In this document: in pieces, positions 37,862-45,978 of the stretch | Layout of the letters: each line of letters opens with the position of its first letter | Position numbering within the stretch: position 1 is the stretch's first letter | Source: Syntrophaceae bacterium UBA4054 | Lineage (GTDB): Bacteria > Desulfobacterota > Syntrophia > Syntrophales > UBA4778 | Direction: 5' to 3' | DNA: 64,000 nucleotides | NCBI GenBank assembly: GCA_002383495.1 | Contig: DFZO01000050.1 | Location: forward strand, 19,397 to 83,396 | Program-made: the position numbers and the translations under genes | Notes under the pieces: model-generated | What the model was told of the DNA's origin: nothing | What the model saw: only the letters and a program-made list of their open reading frames with translations | The model's database searches: none

Positions 37862-38896
37862 ATGGACGCATGGACAGTCTACAGGGGCCTCTGGATTCCT
37901 CTGGTCTGGCTTGCAGGCGGTCTCGCCATGGGCCTTCTCTTCGAAAAAATCATCATGAAGAAGATCCACGATGTCGCGGCGAGGACCAAATGGGAAGGGG
38001 ACGAACTGGTCGTCGGCGCCATGCGGGGCCTGGTGTTTGTCGGGTTCGTCGCGGCGGGAATTTACGGGGCGGCCCACAATTCAGGGATCGTTCAGACGTA
38101 CCTGCATGACATCGACAAGGGTCTTCTGATCGTCATCATTTTTTCCGCAACCGTGGCTGCCGCGCGGATTTCCGTGAATTTCGTTTCTCTTTACAGCTCC
38201 AGGATCGGCGGAGTCCTGGTATCCACGGCCATTTTCTCGAACCTGACAAGAGTTCTTGTCTTTGTCATCGGTTTTCTGATCATTCTGCAATCTCTCGGGA
38301 TCTCGATCACGCCCATCCTGACAGCCCTTGGCGTCGGGGGACTTGCCGTGGCGCTGGCGCTTCAGGATACTCTCGCGAACCTCTTCGCGGGGATTCACGT
38401 GATCGCCTCGGAACAGGTGCGGCCGGGAGATTACGTGAAGCTCGCGACCGGCGAGGAAGGATACGTTCAGGACATCGCGTGGCGTTACACCACGATCCGG
38501 TCGCTGCCCAACAACATGGTTATCATTCCGAATTCAAAACTGGCGTCCGCTCTGGTGACGAACTATTACTCCCCGGATAAGGAAATAGCCGTTCTTGTCA
38601 ATGTGGGCGTGGGCTATGGCAGTGACCTGGAGAAGGTGGAGCAGGTCACGTGCGGGGTGGCCAAAGAAATCATGGCGTCCGTGGAAGGCGGCGTCCCGGA
38701 ATTTGAGCCGTTTATCCGTTATCATACCTTCGGCGACTTCAGCATCAACTTTACGGTCATCCTTCGTGCCCGGGAATATGTGAACCAGTATCTTCTCAAG
38801 CATGAATTCGTCAAGAAGCTGCATCAGCGATACAGGGAAGAAGGCATCGAAATTCCTTTCCCGATCCGGACGGTGATCATGAAGGAAAAAGAATAA
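37862..38896 (+). CDS. mscS: Small-conductance mechanosensitive channel MscS family
   Basis: ALGVGGLAVALALQDTLANLFAG, RPGDYV, IIPNSKL, GIEIPFP. Confidence 0.92.
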   Translation: MDAWTVYRGLWIPLVWLAGGLAMGLLFEKIIMKKIHDVAARTKWEGDELVVGAMRGLVFVGFVAAGIYGAAHNSGIVQTYLHDIDKGLLIVIIFSATVAAARISVNFVSLYSSRIGGVLVSTAIFSNLTRVLVFVIGFLIILQSLGISITPILTALGVGGLAVALALQDTLANLFAGIHVIASEQVRPGDYVKLATGEEGYVQDIAWRYTTIRSLPNNMVIIPNSKLASALVTNYYSPDKEIAVLVNVGVGYGSDLEKVEQVTCGVAKEIMASVEGGVPEFEPFIRYHTFGDFSINFTVILRAREYVNQYLLKHEFVKKLHQRYREEGIEIPFPIRTVIMKEKE

Positions 38897-38966
38897 CGCG
38901 GCGGTTTTCCGGAACGGAATATCGTGTTTTAACGTTGCCCGTGGAAAGGGCAACAAGGAGTTTGGG

Positions 38967-41201
38967 ATGAAAAGAGTGCTCATGTTCATCTTACCCATAG
39001 GGATTCTCGTCTCCATCGTCTTTGTGGCTTTCGGCTTCTTTGAGGCGCGGTCCATGGAAAAAAGGCTGACCGAGGAAGTCGGGCAAAAAGCCAAGGCCGT
39101 TGCGGAGAGCATGGAGCTGTCCGCGGCACAGGTTCTCATCAACGTCGACATGAGCAGGGCCAGGCGTCTGGTCCAGAAGTTCGAGAATCGGGAAAGGCTC
39201 CAGGGCTGTGTCATCTATGATGAAAACGGGCGGATCTTCGCCATTACCAAAAGATTCTCGGATTGGAAAGAAAAAGAAAAACCTTACGTGGCAAGTGTGC
39301 TGAAGAGCAAAGACCCGGGGGGTAAGATCGAAAAATTCAAGGATCATCCCGTCTACAGCTACGTTCTGCCCATTTTGGATGATGAGGATCACGTTCTGGG
39401 GCTCGTGGAAGTCATTTACGATACGTCCTATATCTTCACGAGGCGGACCGACCTCTGGCGGAGCATAAGCATCACGCTGACGTTTCTGCTGATTTCCGTT
39501 CTGTTGATATCCCTGTTCACCCACAGGCAATTCTTTGAGGTGCCCGTTCAACGCCTCACAGAGTGGTTCGAGCATTTCCAGAAGGGCACCACGGATGAGA
39601 AACCGCCTGTCAGGGAAACAGGTGATCTGGGAAAACTGGCTTCCGAAGTGGAGCAGGCCGCCCTGAGTTTAAGGGTGGCGAGAAAGTCCATGATTGAAGA
39701 GGCGCAGGAACGGATCCAGTACGATGAAATATGGACGGAGACAAAGCTGAAAGACCTTGTCAGGGCCAAATTGGGGGATCACGCCCTCTTTGTCGTTTCC
39801 AACAGGGAACCTTATATCCATATGATGGACGAAAAAAACAATGAACCCCGATGCGTGTTTCCGGCAAGCGGTGTCGTCACCGCGATCGATCCGATCCTGC
39901 GCGCCTGCGGCGGAACCTGGATTGCGCACGGGAGCGGAAATGCCGATCGAAAGGTCGTCAATTCAAGCGATAAGGTCGGCGTGCCGCCCGGGAATGAACG
40001 CTATATCCTCAAAAGGGTGTGGTTATCCAAGGAAGAAGAGGAAGGCTACTACTATGGTTTTTCCAATGAAGGACTGTGGCCTCTGTGTCATATTACACAC
40101 ACGCGGCCGATTTTCAAAGAATCGGATTGGCGGATATACAGGGAGGTCAACCAGAAGTTCGCCGACAGCGTTCTGGCGGAACTGCCCCGGCATCATCCCT
40201 TCGTGTTCATCCAGGATTACCACTTCACTCTTCTTCCACAGATGATCAAGGAAAAACGGCCCGATGCCACGGTCGCCCTGTTCTGGCACATACCGTGGCC
40301 GAATCCGGAGGTATTCTCGATCTGTCCCTATCAGAAGGAAATTCTGGAAGGCTTGCTGGGGTGCGATCTCCTCGGTTTCCACGTGCAGTTTCACTGCAAT
40401 AATTTTCTCGATACGGTGAACCGGGTTCTCGAATCCAGGGTGGACACGGAGCGCTTCAGTGTCGTGAGAACCGGAAAAGAAACCCTGGTCCGGGCGTTTC
40501 CGATCAGCCTGGACATCAATGTTTTTGGCGAGGCCTCCGACGGGGTGGATTCACAGATGGAAAGAATCAGAAAAGAATTAAAACTGGAGGACAAGATCGT
40601 CGCTGTGAGCGTTGAGAGAATGGATTATACGAAAGGCATGATCGAAAGAATTTATGCCATAGACCGCTTTCTTGAAAAATATCCTCAATACATCAACCGG
40701 TTTGTTTTCATTCAGATAGCCGCCCCGAGCCGTACGCTGATCAAGCGCTACCATGATTTTGTGGCGGAGGTGGACGAACTGGTGGAGAGAAAGAACTGGA
40801 AGTACTCCCAGGGGGACTGGAAGCCGATTGTCTATTTCAACAGACAATTTTCTCAGGAAGAAATCAAGCCTTATTACAGGCTCGCGGATCTCTGCATGGT
40901 CAGCTCCCTTCATGACGGGATGAATCTCGTGGCCAAAGAATTTGTCGCGGCTAAAATCGATGCATCGGGAATTCTGATTCTGAGCCGTTTCACGGGAGCG
41001 TCCCGGGAGCTCGTCGATGCGATTCAGATCAATCCCTATGCCATCGAGGAGTTTGCCGACAGCATCCGTTTTGCCATTGAAATGCCTGCAGAGGAAAAGA
41101 GAAGGCGGATGGTGAATATGCGGGAAATGATCAGCAGGAACAATGTGTATGGCTGGGCCGCCAACATCATCACCGATCTTGCCGCAATGAAAAAATTTTA
41201 A
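38967..41201 (+). CDS. otsA: Trehalose-6-phosphate synthase (GT20) fused to an N-terminal TM-periplasmic-TM-HAMP-like module
   Basis: C-terminal ~480 aa carry VSNRE, QDYHF, FWHIPWP, VERMDYTKG and DGMNLVAKE. The N-terminal ~260 aa has two TM helices around a soluble domain. Confidence 0.88.
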   Translation: MKRVLMFILPIGILVSIVFVAFGFFEARSMEKRLTEEVGQKAKAVAESMELSAAQVLINVDMSRARRLVQKFENRERLQGCVIYDENGRIFAITKRFSDWKEKEKPYVASVLKSKDPGGKIEKFKDHPVYSYVLPILDDEDHVLGLVEVIYDTSYIFTRRTDLWRSISITLTFLLISVLLISLFTHRQFFEVPVQRLTEWFEHFQKGTTDEKPPVRETGDLGKLASEVEQAALSLRVARKSMIEEAQERIQYDEIWTETKLKDLVRAKLGDHALFVVSNREPYIHMMDEKNNEPRCVFPASGVVTAIDPILRACGGTWIAHGSGNADRKVVNSSDKVGVPPGNERYILKRVWLSKEEEEGYYYGFSNEGLWPLCHITHTRPIFKESDWRIYREVNQKFADSVLAELPRHHPFVFIQDYHFTLLPQMIKEKRPDATVALFWHIPWPNPEVFSICPYQKEILEGLLGCDLLGFHVQFHCNNFLDTVNRVLESRVDTERFSVVRTGKETLVRAFPISLDINVFGEASDGVDSQMERIRKELKLEDKIVAVSVERMDYTKGMIERIYAIDRFLEKYPQYINRFVFIQIAAPSRTLIKRYHDFVAEVDELVERKNWKYSQGDWKPIVYFNRQFSQEEIKPYYRLADLCMVSSLHDGMNLVAKEFVAAKIDASGILILSRFTGASRELVDAIQINPYAIEEFADSIRFAIEMPAEEKRRRMVNMREMISRNNVYGWAANIITDLAAMKKF

Positions 41202-41202
41202 G

Positions 41203-41346
41203 AGGGTGTTGAAAAACACACTATTCTTCAGGCTGTTCAAAAAGGTTCATGGTTCGACAAGCTCACCATGACAACCACTTGTCACCCGGAGCCTGTTGAA
41301 GGAAGGGCGCAGCGCAACGCCGCAGATGGGCGTTTTTCAACAGCCT
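41203..41346. mobile_element. MITE-like element, copy 1
   Basis: Terminal inverted repeats AGGGTGTTGAAAAAC / GTTTTTCAACAGCCT; non-coding; homologous in reverse orientation to 60291-60472. Confidence 0.8.
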
Positions 41347-41347
41347 G

Positions 41348-43177
41348 TCAGGGGATTTTTAGTTTCCGTCCCACATAAAGCGGGTCCTTGAGTTTCATCT
41401 TGTTTGCCTTGAGCAGGGCCGCAAGGGTGGTGTTGTGCTTTTTCGCGATCTTCTCGAGCGTGTCCCCCCGCTTTACACGATAGCTCGCGGTCTTCGGTCT
41501 TTCCGCCGCCCGTTTTTTCACGGCCACTGTTTTGCTTTCCCGGTCTTCCTCTGTTCTCTCGGGCACCTTCAATTTCCTGCCGGAATAAAGAGGATCTTTC
41601 AGTTTCATCTTGTTCAGTTTGAGCAGGATGGCCATGGTGGTGCCGTGACGCCTGGCGATTTTGTCGAGCGAGTCGCCCTTCCTGACCGTGTAAAAAGAAA
41701 ACGCAGATGCCGGCGCGGCGGAAGATTTTACTTCGGGCGCTTTCTTTCGTTCCTTTCCTTTTTTTACCTCTCTTCCTTCTCGCTCTTCTTTTCCCTCTTC
41801 TTCACCGCTGACCGGGACCTTCAGTTTCCGGTCCGAATGGAGCGGGTCGCTGATCTTCATCCTGTTCAGTTTGAGAAGAACGGCGATGGTCGAATGGTGC
41901 CTTTTTGCGATCTTGCCCAGGGTATCCCCTTTTTTCACTTTATAGAACGCGGTTTCCATCGGCGGTTCCCGCGAAGGCGCGGTCCTGGCAGAAGGCGTCT
42001 TCCCGGGAGGATCTCCCTTCATGGCCAGCGCTGCCGTACGTTTCCCCTCCGCCTTTGCAATAAAATCATTAATGGAGAAAGCGATGGTCTCTGCGATCTT
42101 TGTCTGGAAGGCGGGACTGCGCAAAAGGGCCTCTTCTTTCGGATTGGAGATGTAGGCTGTTTCAACGAGGACCGAGGGGATTTCAGGCAGCTTCAGGACC
42201 CTGAAAGGCGCGTACTGGACGCTATGGAACTTCAGGGGATTCACTTTTCGGAGCCGCCTCAGAAGGGTGGCTCCCAGGTCCCTTGAAAGGTTCATCGTTT
42301 CGGTCTGGACCATGTGCAGGGTGATGGGATCGGATTCCTCTGTTCCCTGGTCGTTCTCGGCGCCCCCGATGATATCGGCAAGGTTCTGTTCGCTGGCCAG
42401 CAGTCTCGCGGCGACACTGCTGGCTGACGTTGTAGAGAGACAGTAAACGGAACTTCCCCGGGCGCTCCTTCCTTTCCATGCGTCGGCATGAATGCTCAAA
42501 AAGAGATCGGCGCCGTATTCTCTCGCGATCCGAAGCCTTTTGTTGAAGGAGGGATAATAATCTCCCCTGCGGGTGAGGAAGGCTTTGTAACCCTTCCTGC
42601 TGTTCAGAATTTTCTCCAGCTTTTTGGCGATCTTGAGGACCACGACCTTTTCTTTTGTCTTTTTTCTCCCGATGGCGCCCGGATCGTCTCCGCCGTGTCC
42701 GGGGTCAATGACGATGACCTTGTCCTTCTTGATCCTCTGAATCTGCTTTCGCTCCTCTGTTTCCTTTTTCTCGATTTCGGGAAGTCCGATATCGATCACC
42801 ACGCGGTACGGCTTGTCGGCAAACGCTTTCAGTTTGAAGACCCTCGCTTCCACGTAATCGGACAGCCACAGTTCGACGCGCGTCCTTTTTTCCGGAAGAG
42901 GCAATACGGTTATTTTTTGAATGCCTGGTTTGTTCAGAACGTCTTCGGCGGGGACTGTCTTGAGGGCCTGGGAGTTCTTGAAGTCGATCGTGATCTTCTG
43001 GTCCGTTTTGTGGACCATGGTATCGGCTTCATCGCTTGTATCGATCACGATCCGGGTATTGTCGGGAGCCACCCAGTGCCGTATATTGAGAATCTCCGTC
43101 AGGGCAAAGGCCCGGGGAAGCGGGCTGAAAAAACAAAGGAGCGCGATGAGAATGGCGGTCCGTCTGATCATCGTCAT
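41348..43177 (-). CDS. N-acetylmuramoyl-L-alanine amidase (AMIN + Amidase_3 + 3 LysM)
   Basis: VIDPGHGGDDPGA, FLSIHAD, SVLVETAYISN; three YxVxKGDxLxKIAxxH repeats; start uncertain (43171/43177). Confidence 0.92.
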   Translation of the reverse strand: MTMIRRTAILIALLCFFSPLPRAFALTEILNIRHWVAPDNTRIVIDTSDEADTMVHKTDQKITIDFKNSQALKTVPAEDVLNKPGIQKITVLPLPEKRTRVELWLSDYVEARVFKLKAFADKPYRVVIDIGLPEIEKKETEERKQIQRIKKDKVIVIDPGHGGDDPGAIGRKKTKEKVVVLKIAKKLEKILNSRKGYKAFLTRRGDYYPSFNKRLRIAREYGADLFLSIHADAWKGRSARGSSVYCLSTTSASSVAARLLASEQNLADIIGGAENDQGTEESDPITLHMVQTETMNLSRDLGATLLRRLRKVNPLKFHSVQYAPFRVLKLPEIPSVLVETAYISNPKEEALLRSPAFQTKIAETIAFSINDFIAKAEGKRTAALAMKGDPPGKTPSARTAPSREPPMETAFYKVKKGDTLGKIAKRHHSTIAVLLKLNRMKISDPLHSDRKLKVPVSGEEEGKEEREGREVKKGKERKKAPEVKSSAAPASAFSFYTVRKGDSLDKIARRHGTTMAILLKLNKMKLKDPLYSGRKLKVPERTEEDRESKTVAVKKRAAERPKTASYRVKRGDTLEKIAKKHNTTLAALLKANKMKLKDPLYVGRKLKIP

Positions 43178-43348
43178 GGGTGGTGGATATCCCTTCGTGA
43201 TGTCCGGCACATTAACAGATTCGCGGCTTGAATACAACTGCTATAAAGAAAAATGGGTTGACAACAGAACGGCTTAATGACATTTTCTCGGTCGAAAAAC
43301 GAAACAGGCCTCACCGTGGCGGCCGTCAGATGTTTTTAGGAGTTGTTC

Positions 43349-44218
43349 ATGAAGATCCGGGATTTTTTTGCAAAGAAGAAATGGACGCTCTCCTTTGAGG
43401 TTTTTCCGCCTGTAAGGGAGGGGAATCTGGAGAGCCTGTACAAAACGATAGGAGAGCTGAAAAAGCTGAAGCCCGATTTCATATCCGTGACCTACGGCGC
43501 GGGCGGGGGCACGCGGGACATGACCATCGAGATCGCCTCGGAGGTGAAAAACAAATTCGGCCAGGAAGTTCTTGCCCATCTGACCTGTGTCGGATCAACG
43601 AGAGACGATGTTGCCAGGATCCTGGACGACATGAGGAGCCAGGGGATCGAAAACATCCTTGCGCTGAGGGGAGACCCGCCCCAGGGTGAAAATCAGTTTG
43701 TGAAAATGGAAGGGGGATTCGGTTACGCCAATGAACTCGTCGAGTTCATCCGTTCCAGGAATGATTTCAGCATCGGGGTCGCGGGTTATCCGGAGGGTCA
43801 TGTGGAAGCGCCGAACCTCGAAACAGACCTCAGGAATCTGAAGAAAAAAGTCGACGCCGGGGCGGACTTTGTCGTGAGCCAGCTTTTCTTCAACAACGAT
43901 GTCTTTTACCGGTTTCGTGACAGCGCGATGAAAATCGGCATCCGGGTTCCACTGATACCAGGCGTTTTCCCCATCCTGAATTACAAGCAGATCAAGAAAT
44001 GTATTTCACTATCCAACGCGAGCGTGCCGGAAAAGCTGGAGAGCAGGATGATCCGGCTTCAGGATAAGCCTGAGGAGACAGAGAAGTATGGAATCGAATA
44101 CGCCATCCGCCAGGCGGAGGATCTGGTCCGGAACGAGGTTCAGGGCCTTCATCTCTACAGCATGAACCGGAGCGAACACGTCATCCGGATCGTGACGGAA
44201 CTCGATCTGCCCCGGTGA
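43349..44218 (+). CDS. metF: 5,10-methylenetetrahydrofolate reductase
   Basis: SFEVFPP, SVTYGAGG, AHLTC, LALRGDPP, VAGYPEGH, SQLFF. Confidence 0.95.
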   Translation: MKIRDFFAKKKWTLSFEVFPPVREGNLESLYKTIGELKKLKPDFISVTYGAGGGTRDMTIEIASEVKNKFGQEVLAHLTCVGSTRDDVARILDDMRSQGIENILALRGDPPQGENQFVKMEGGFGYANELVEFIRSRNDFSIGVAGYPEGHVEAPNLETDLRNLKKKVDAGADFVVSQLFFNNDVFYRFRDSAMKIGIRVPLIPGVFPILNYKQIKKCISLSNASVPEKLESRMIRLQDKPEETEKYGIEYAIRQAEDLVRNEVQGLHLYSMNRSEHVIRIVTELDLPR

Positions 44219-44332
44219 GGCGGTCGTGTCAGAAAAGAGTTGAATATTCAACGGGCCCGTAGTATGAAACGCCGCGATTTACGAATGTTTAATTTACCTC
44301 GTCCATGGTATTGATGGCATTGATAAAGATGA

Positions 44333-44408
44333 GGGCGATTAGCTCAGTGGATAGAGCACAGGCCTCCGGAGCCTGGTGTCGAGGGTTCAAATCCCTCATC
44401 GCCCTCCA
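44333..44408 (+). tRNA. tRNA-Arg(CCG)
   Basis: GGGCGAT/ATCGCCC acceptor stem, D-loop GGA, anticodon arm CAGGC-CTCCGGA-GCCTG, GGTTCAAATCC T-arm, encoded CCA. Confidence 0.93.
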
Positions 44409-44722
44409 GGTTTTACCTGCCGTTCGGGACGATTGAATCATATCCTGAAATACCTGCCATCCAAGAGTCTGATATCCGCCCGCTCAGTGTTTTATTGCGC
44501 AGCGTATAACAGCCATTAAAATTTGACGAATATTCTTGACTTTAATCTCAGGCAGATAATAATCTATTAAAGAAGATGAGAGGGTATCCTGTTGTTTTAT
44601 AAGATTTTAATCCTTTTACCCGATTGAGGGTTGACATGCGCCCATGACAAGAATCCCGTTGCTGAAAAGAGGACGGGGTTTTTGCGTTTCAAGGACGCCC
44701 GCAACGCCTGGAGAATATCTTC

Positions 44723-45703
44723 ATGAAGAGTGCCGCTGTCTTCTCAACGGGAAGTTATCTTCCGGAGACGATCATTCCAAACGAAGCGCTGACCCAGTTT
44801 TCTCCCGAGGCGCGCCGTCTCATCGGAGAGAAGACGGGGGTTTTTTCAAGAAGATGCGCCTCCGATGATGAATGCACCTCGGATCTGGCCATCAAAGCAG
44901 CTCTCTCCTGTCTTCAGAAGGCCGGCGTCCCGCCTGAGGAAATAGAAGGCATTGTGGTTTCCACGTCCTCGCCCGACCGGATGCAGCCCGCAACGGCGAC
45001 CCGTGTTCAGTATGAGATAGGCGCGAAAAAGGCCTTTGCCTTTGACATCAATTCTGTCTGTTCGGGGGGTTCTTTCGGGATCGAAGTGTCAGATTCTTTC
45101 ATCCGGTCCGGTAAATATGAAAACATTCTTTTGATCGCCGCTGAAATGTACTCGAGGATTCTCAATAAAAAAGATTTTTCCACCTATCCCTTTTTTGGGG
45201 ACGGCGCCGGGGCCGTTCTGTTCCGCGCGGATTCTTCGGGTCAGAGAGGCGTTCTGCATTCATGCCTGGCCACGGATGGAGCCGGAAACAACACTATCTG
45301 CGTACCCGGCGGAGGCACCATGCTGCCCTATGAGAAGATGACCGGTCCCCGCATGGCCTATTTCAGGATGAAGGGGGAGGAGGTTTTTGCCTTTTCCATC
45401 GACAAGGGGCCCAAGGTCATCTCACGGCTCCTCGCGGAGGCCAAGGTGGATATCGCGGCTGTAAAGCGCTTTATCTGTCATCAGGCCAATATCAATATCC
45501 TTCACAGGATCGCGGACATCCTGCATGTGCCCAGGGAGCGATTCCATGTGAATCTTGATCGATACGGCAATACAGCCAGCGCGTCTGTATTGATCGCCCT
45601 CGACGAGGTCCTTTCTAAAGGGATTGCGGCGCCCGGCGACCTGGTAATGCTGGTGACCTTTGGAGGCGGTTTCTCGTGGGGAGCAAATTTACTCCGGATT
45701 TAG
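44723..45703 (+). CDS. fabH: Ketosynthase III family (FabH-like; NphT7/acetoacetyl-CoA-synthase-like motifs)
   Basis: Cys-His-Asn triad (NSVCSG, CHQAN, GNTASAS) and FGDGAGA. Confidence 0.9.
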   Translation: MKSAAVFSTGSYLPETIIPNEALTQFSPEARRLIGEKTGVFSRRCASDDECTSDLAIKAALSCLQKAGVPPEEIEGIVVSTSSPDRMQPATATRVQYEIGAKKAFAFDINSVCSGGSFGIEVSDSFIRSGKYENILLIAAEMYSRILNKKDFSTYPFFGDGAGAVLFRADSSGQRGVLHSCLATDGAGNNTICVPGGGTMLPYEKMTGPRMAYFRMKGEEVFAFSIDKGPKVISRLLAEAKVDIAAVKRFICHQANINILHRIADILHVPRERFHVNLDRYGNTASASVLIALDEVLSKGIAAPGDLVMLVTFGGGFSWGANLLRI

Positions 45704-45732
45704 CTGGCCTTTCAGAGACGGGGGAGATAGTC

Positions 45733-45978
45733 ATGGATGATATTTTTGCAAAGATAAAAAACGGAATCCTGGACCTCTTTCCGGAAATCGGCAGCCTGCC
45801 GATCACGGCGGACACGCGCCTCGGAGAGATACCGGATTTTGATTCCATGGCCGCTGTAAACCTCCAGACTTTTTTGGAGGAAAACTTCCCCTTGAAAATT
45901 CCGCTGGATATGCTGAACGAGGAAACAACCATCGGTGAGCTGGTTGTTCACATTGGGAAATATGTCCGAAAAAAATAA
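45733..45978 (+). CDS. Acyl carrier protein (divergent)
   Basis: 81 aa, acidic, LGEIPDFDSMAAVNL (phosphopantetheine Ser); GGGGAG RBS. Confidence 0.85.
   Translation: MDDIFAKIKNGILDLFPEIGSLPITADTRLGEIPDFDSMAAVNLQTFLEENFPLKIPLDMLNEETTIGELVVHIGKYVRKK

Noticed and set aside
41380-41945. Internal DNA repeats
   Set aside because: Explained by the three LysM domains of the amidase.
43238-43348. SAM/SAH/ZTP/THF riboswitch before metF
   Set aside because: The interval is short and I could not match any conserved core.
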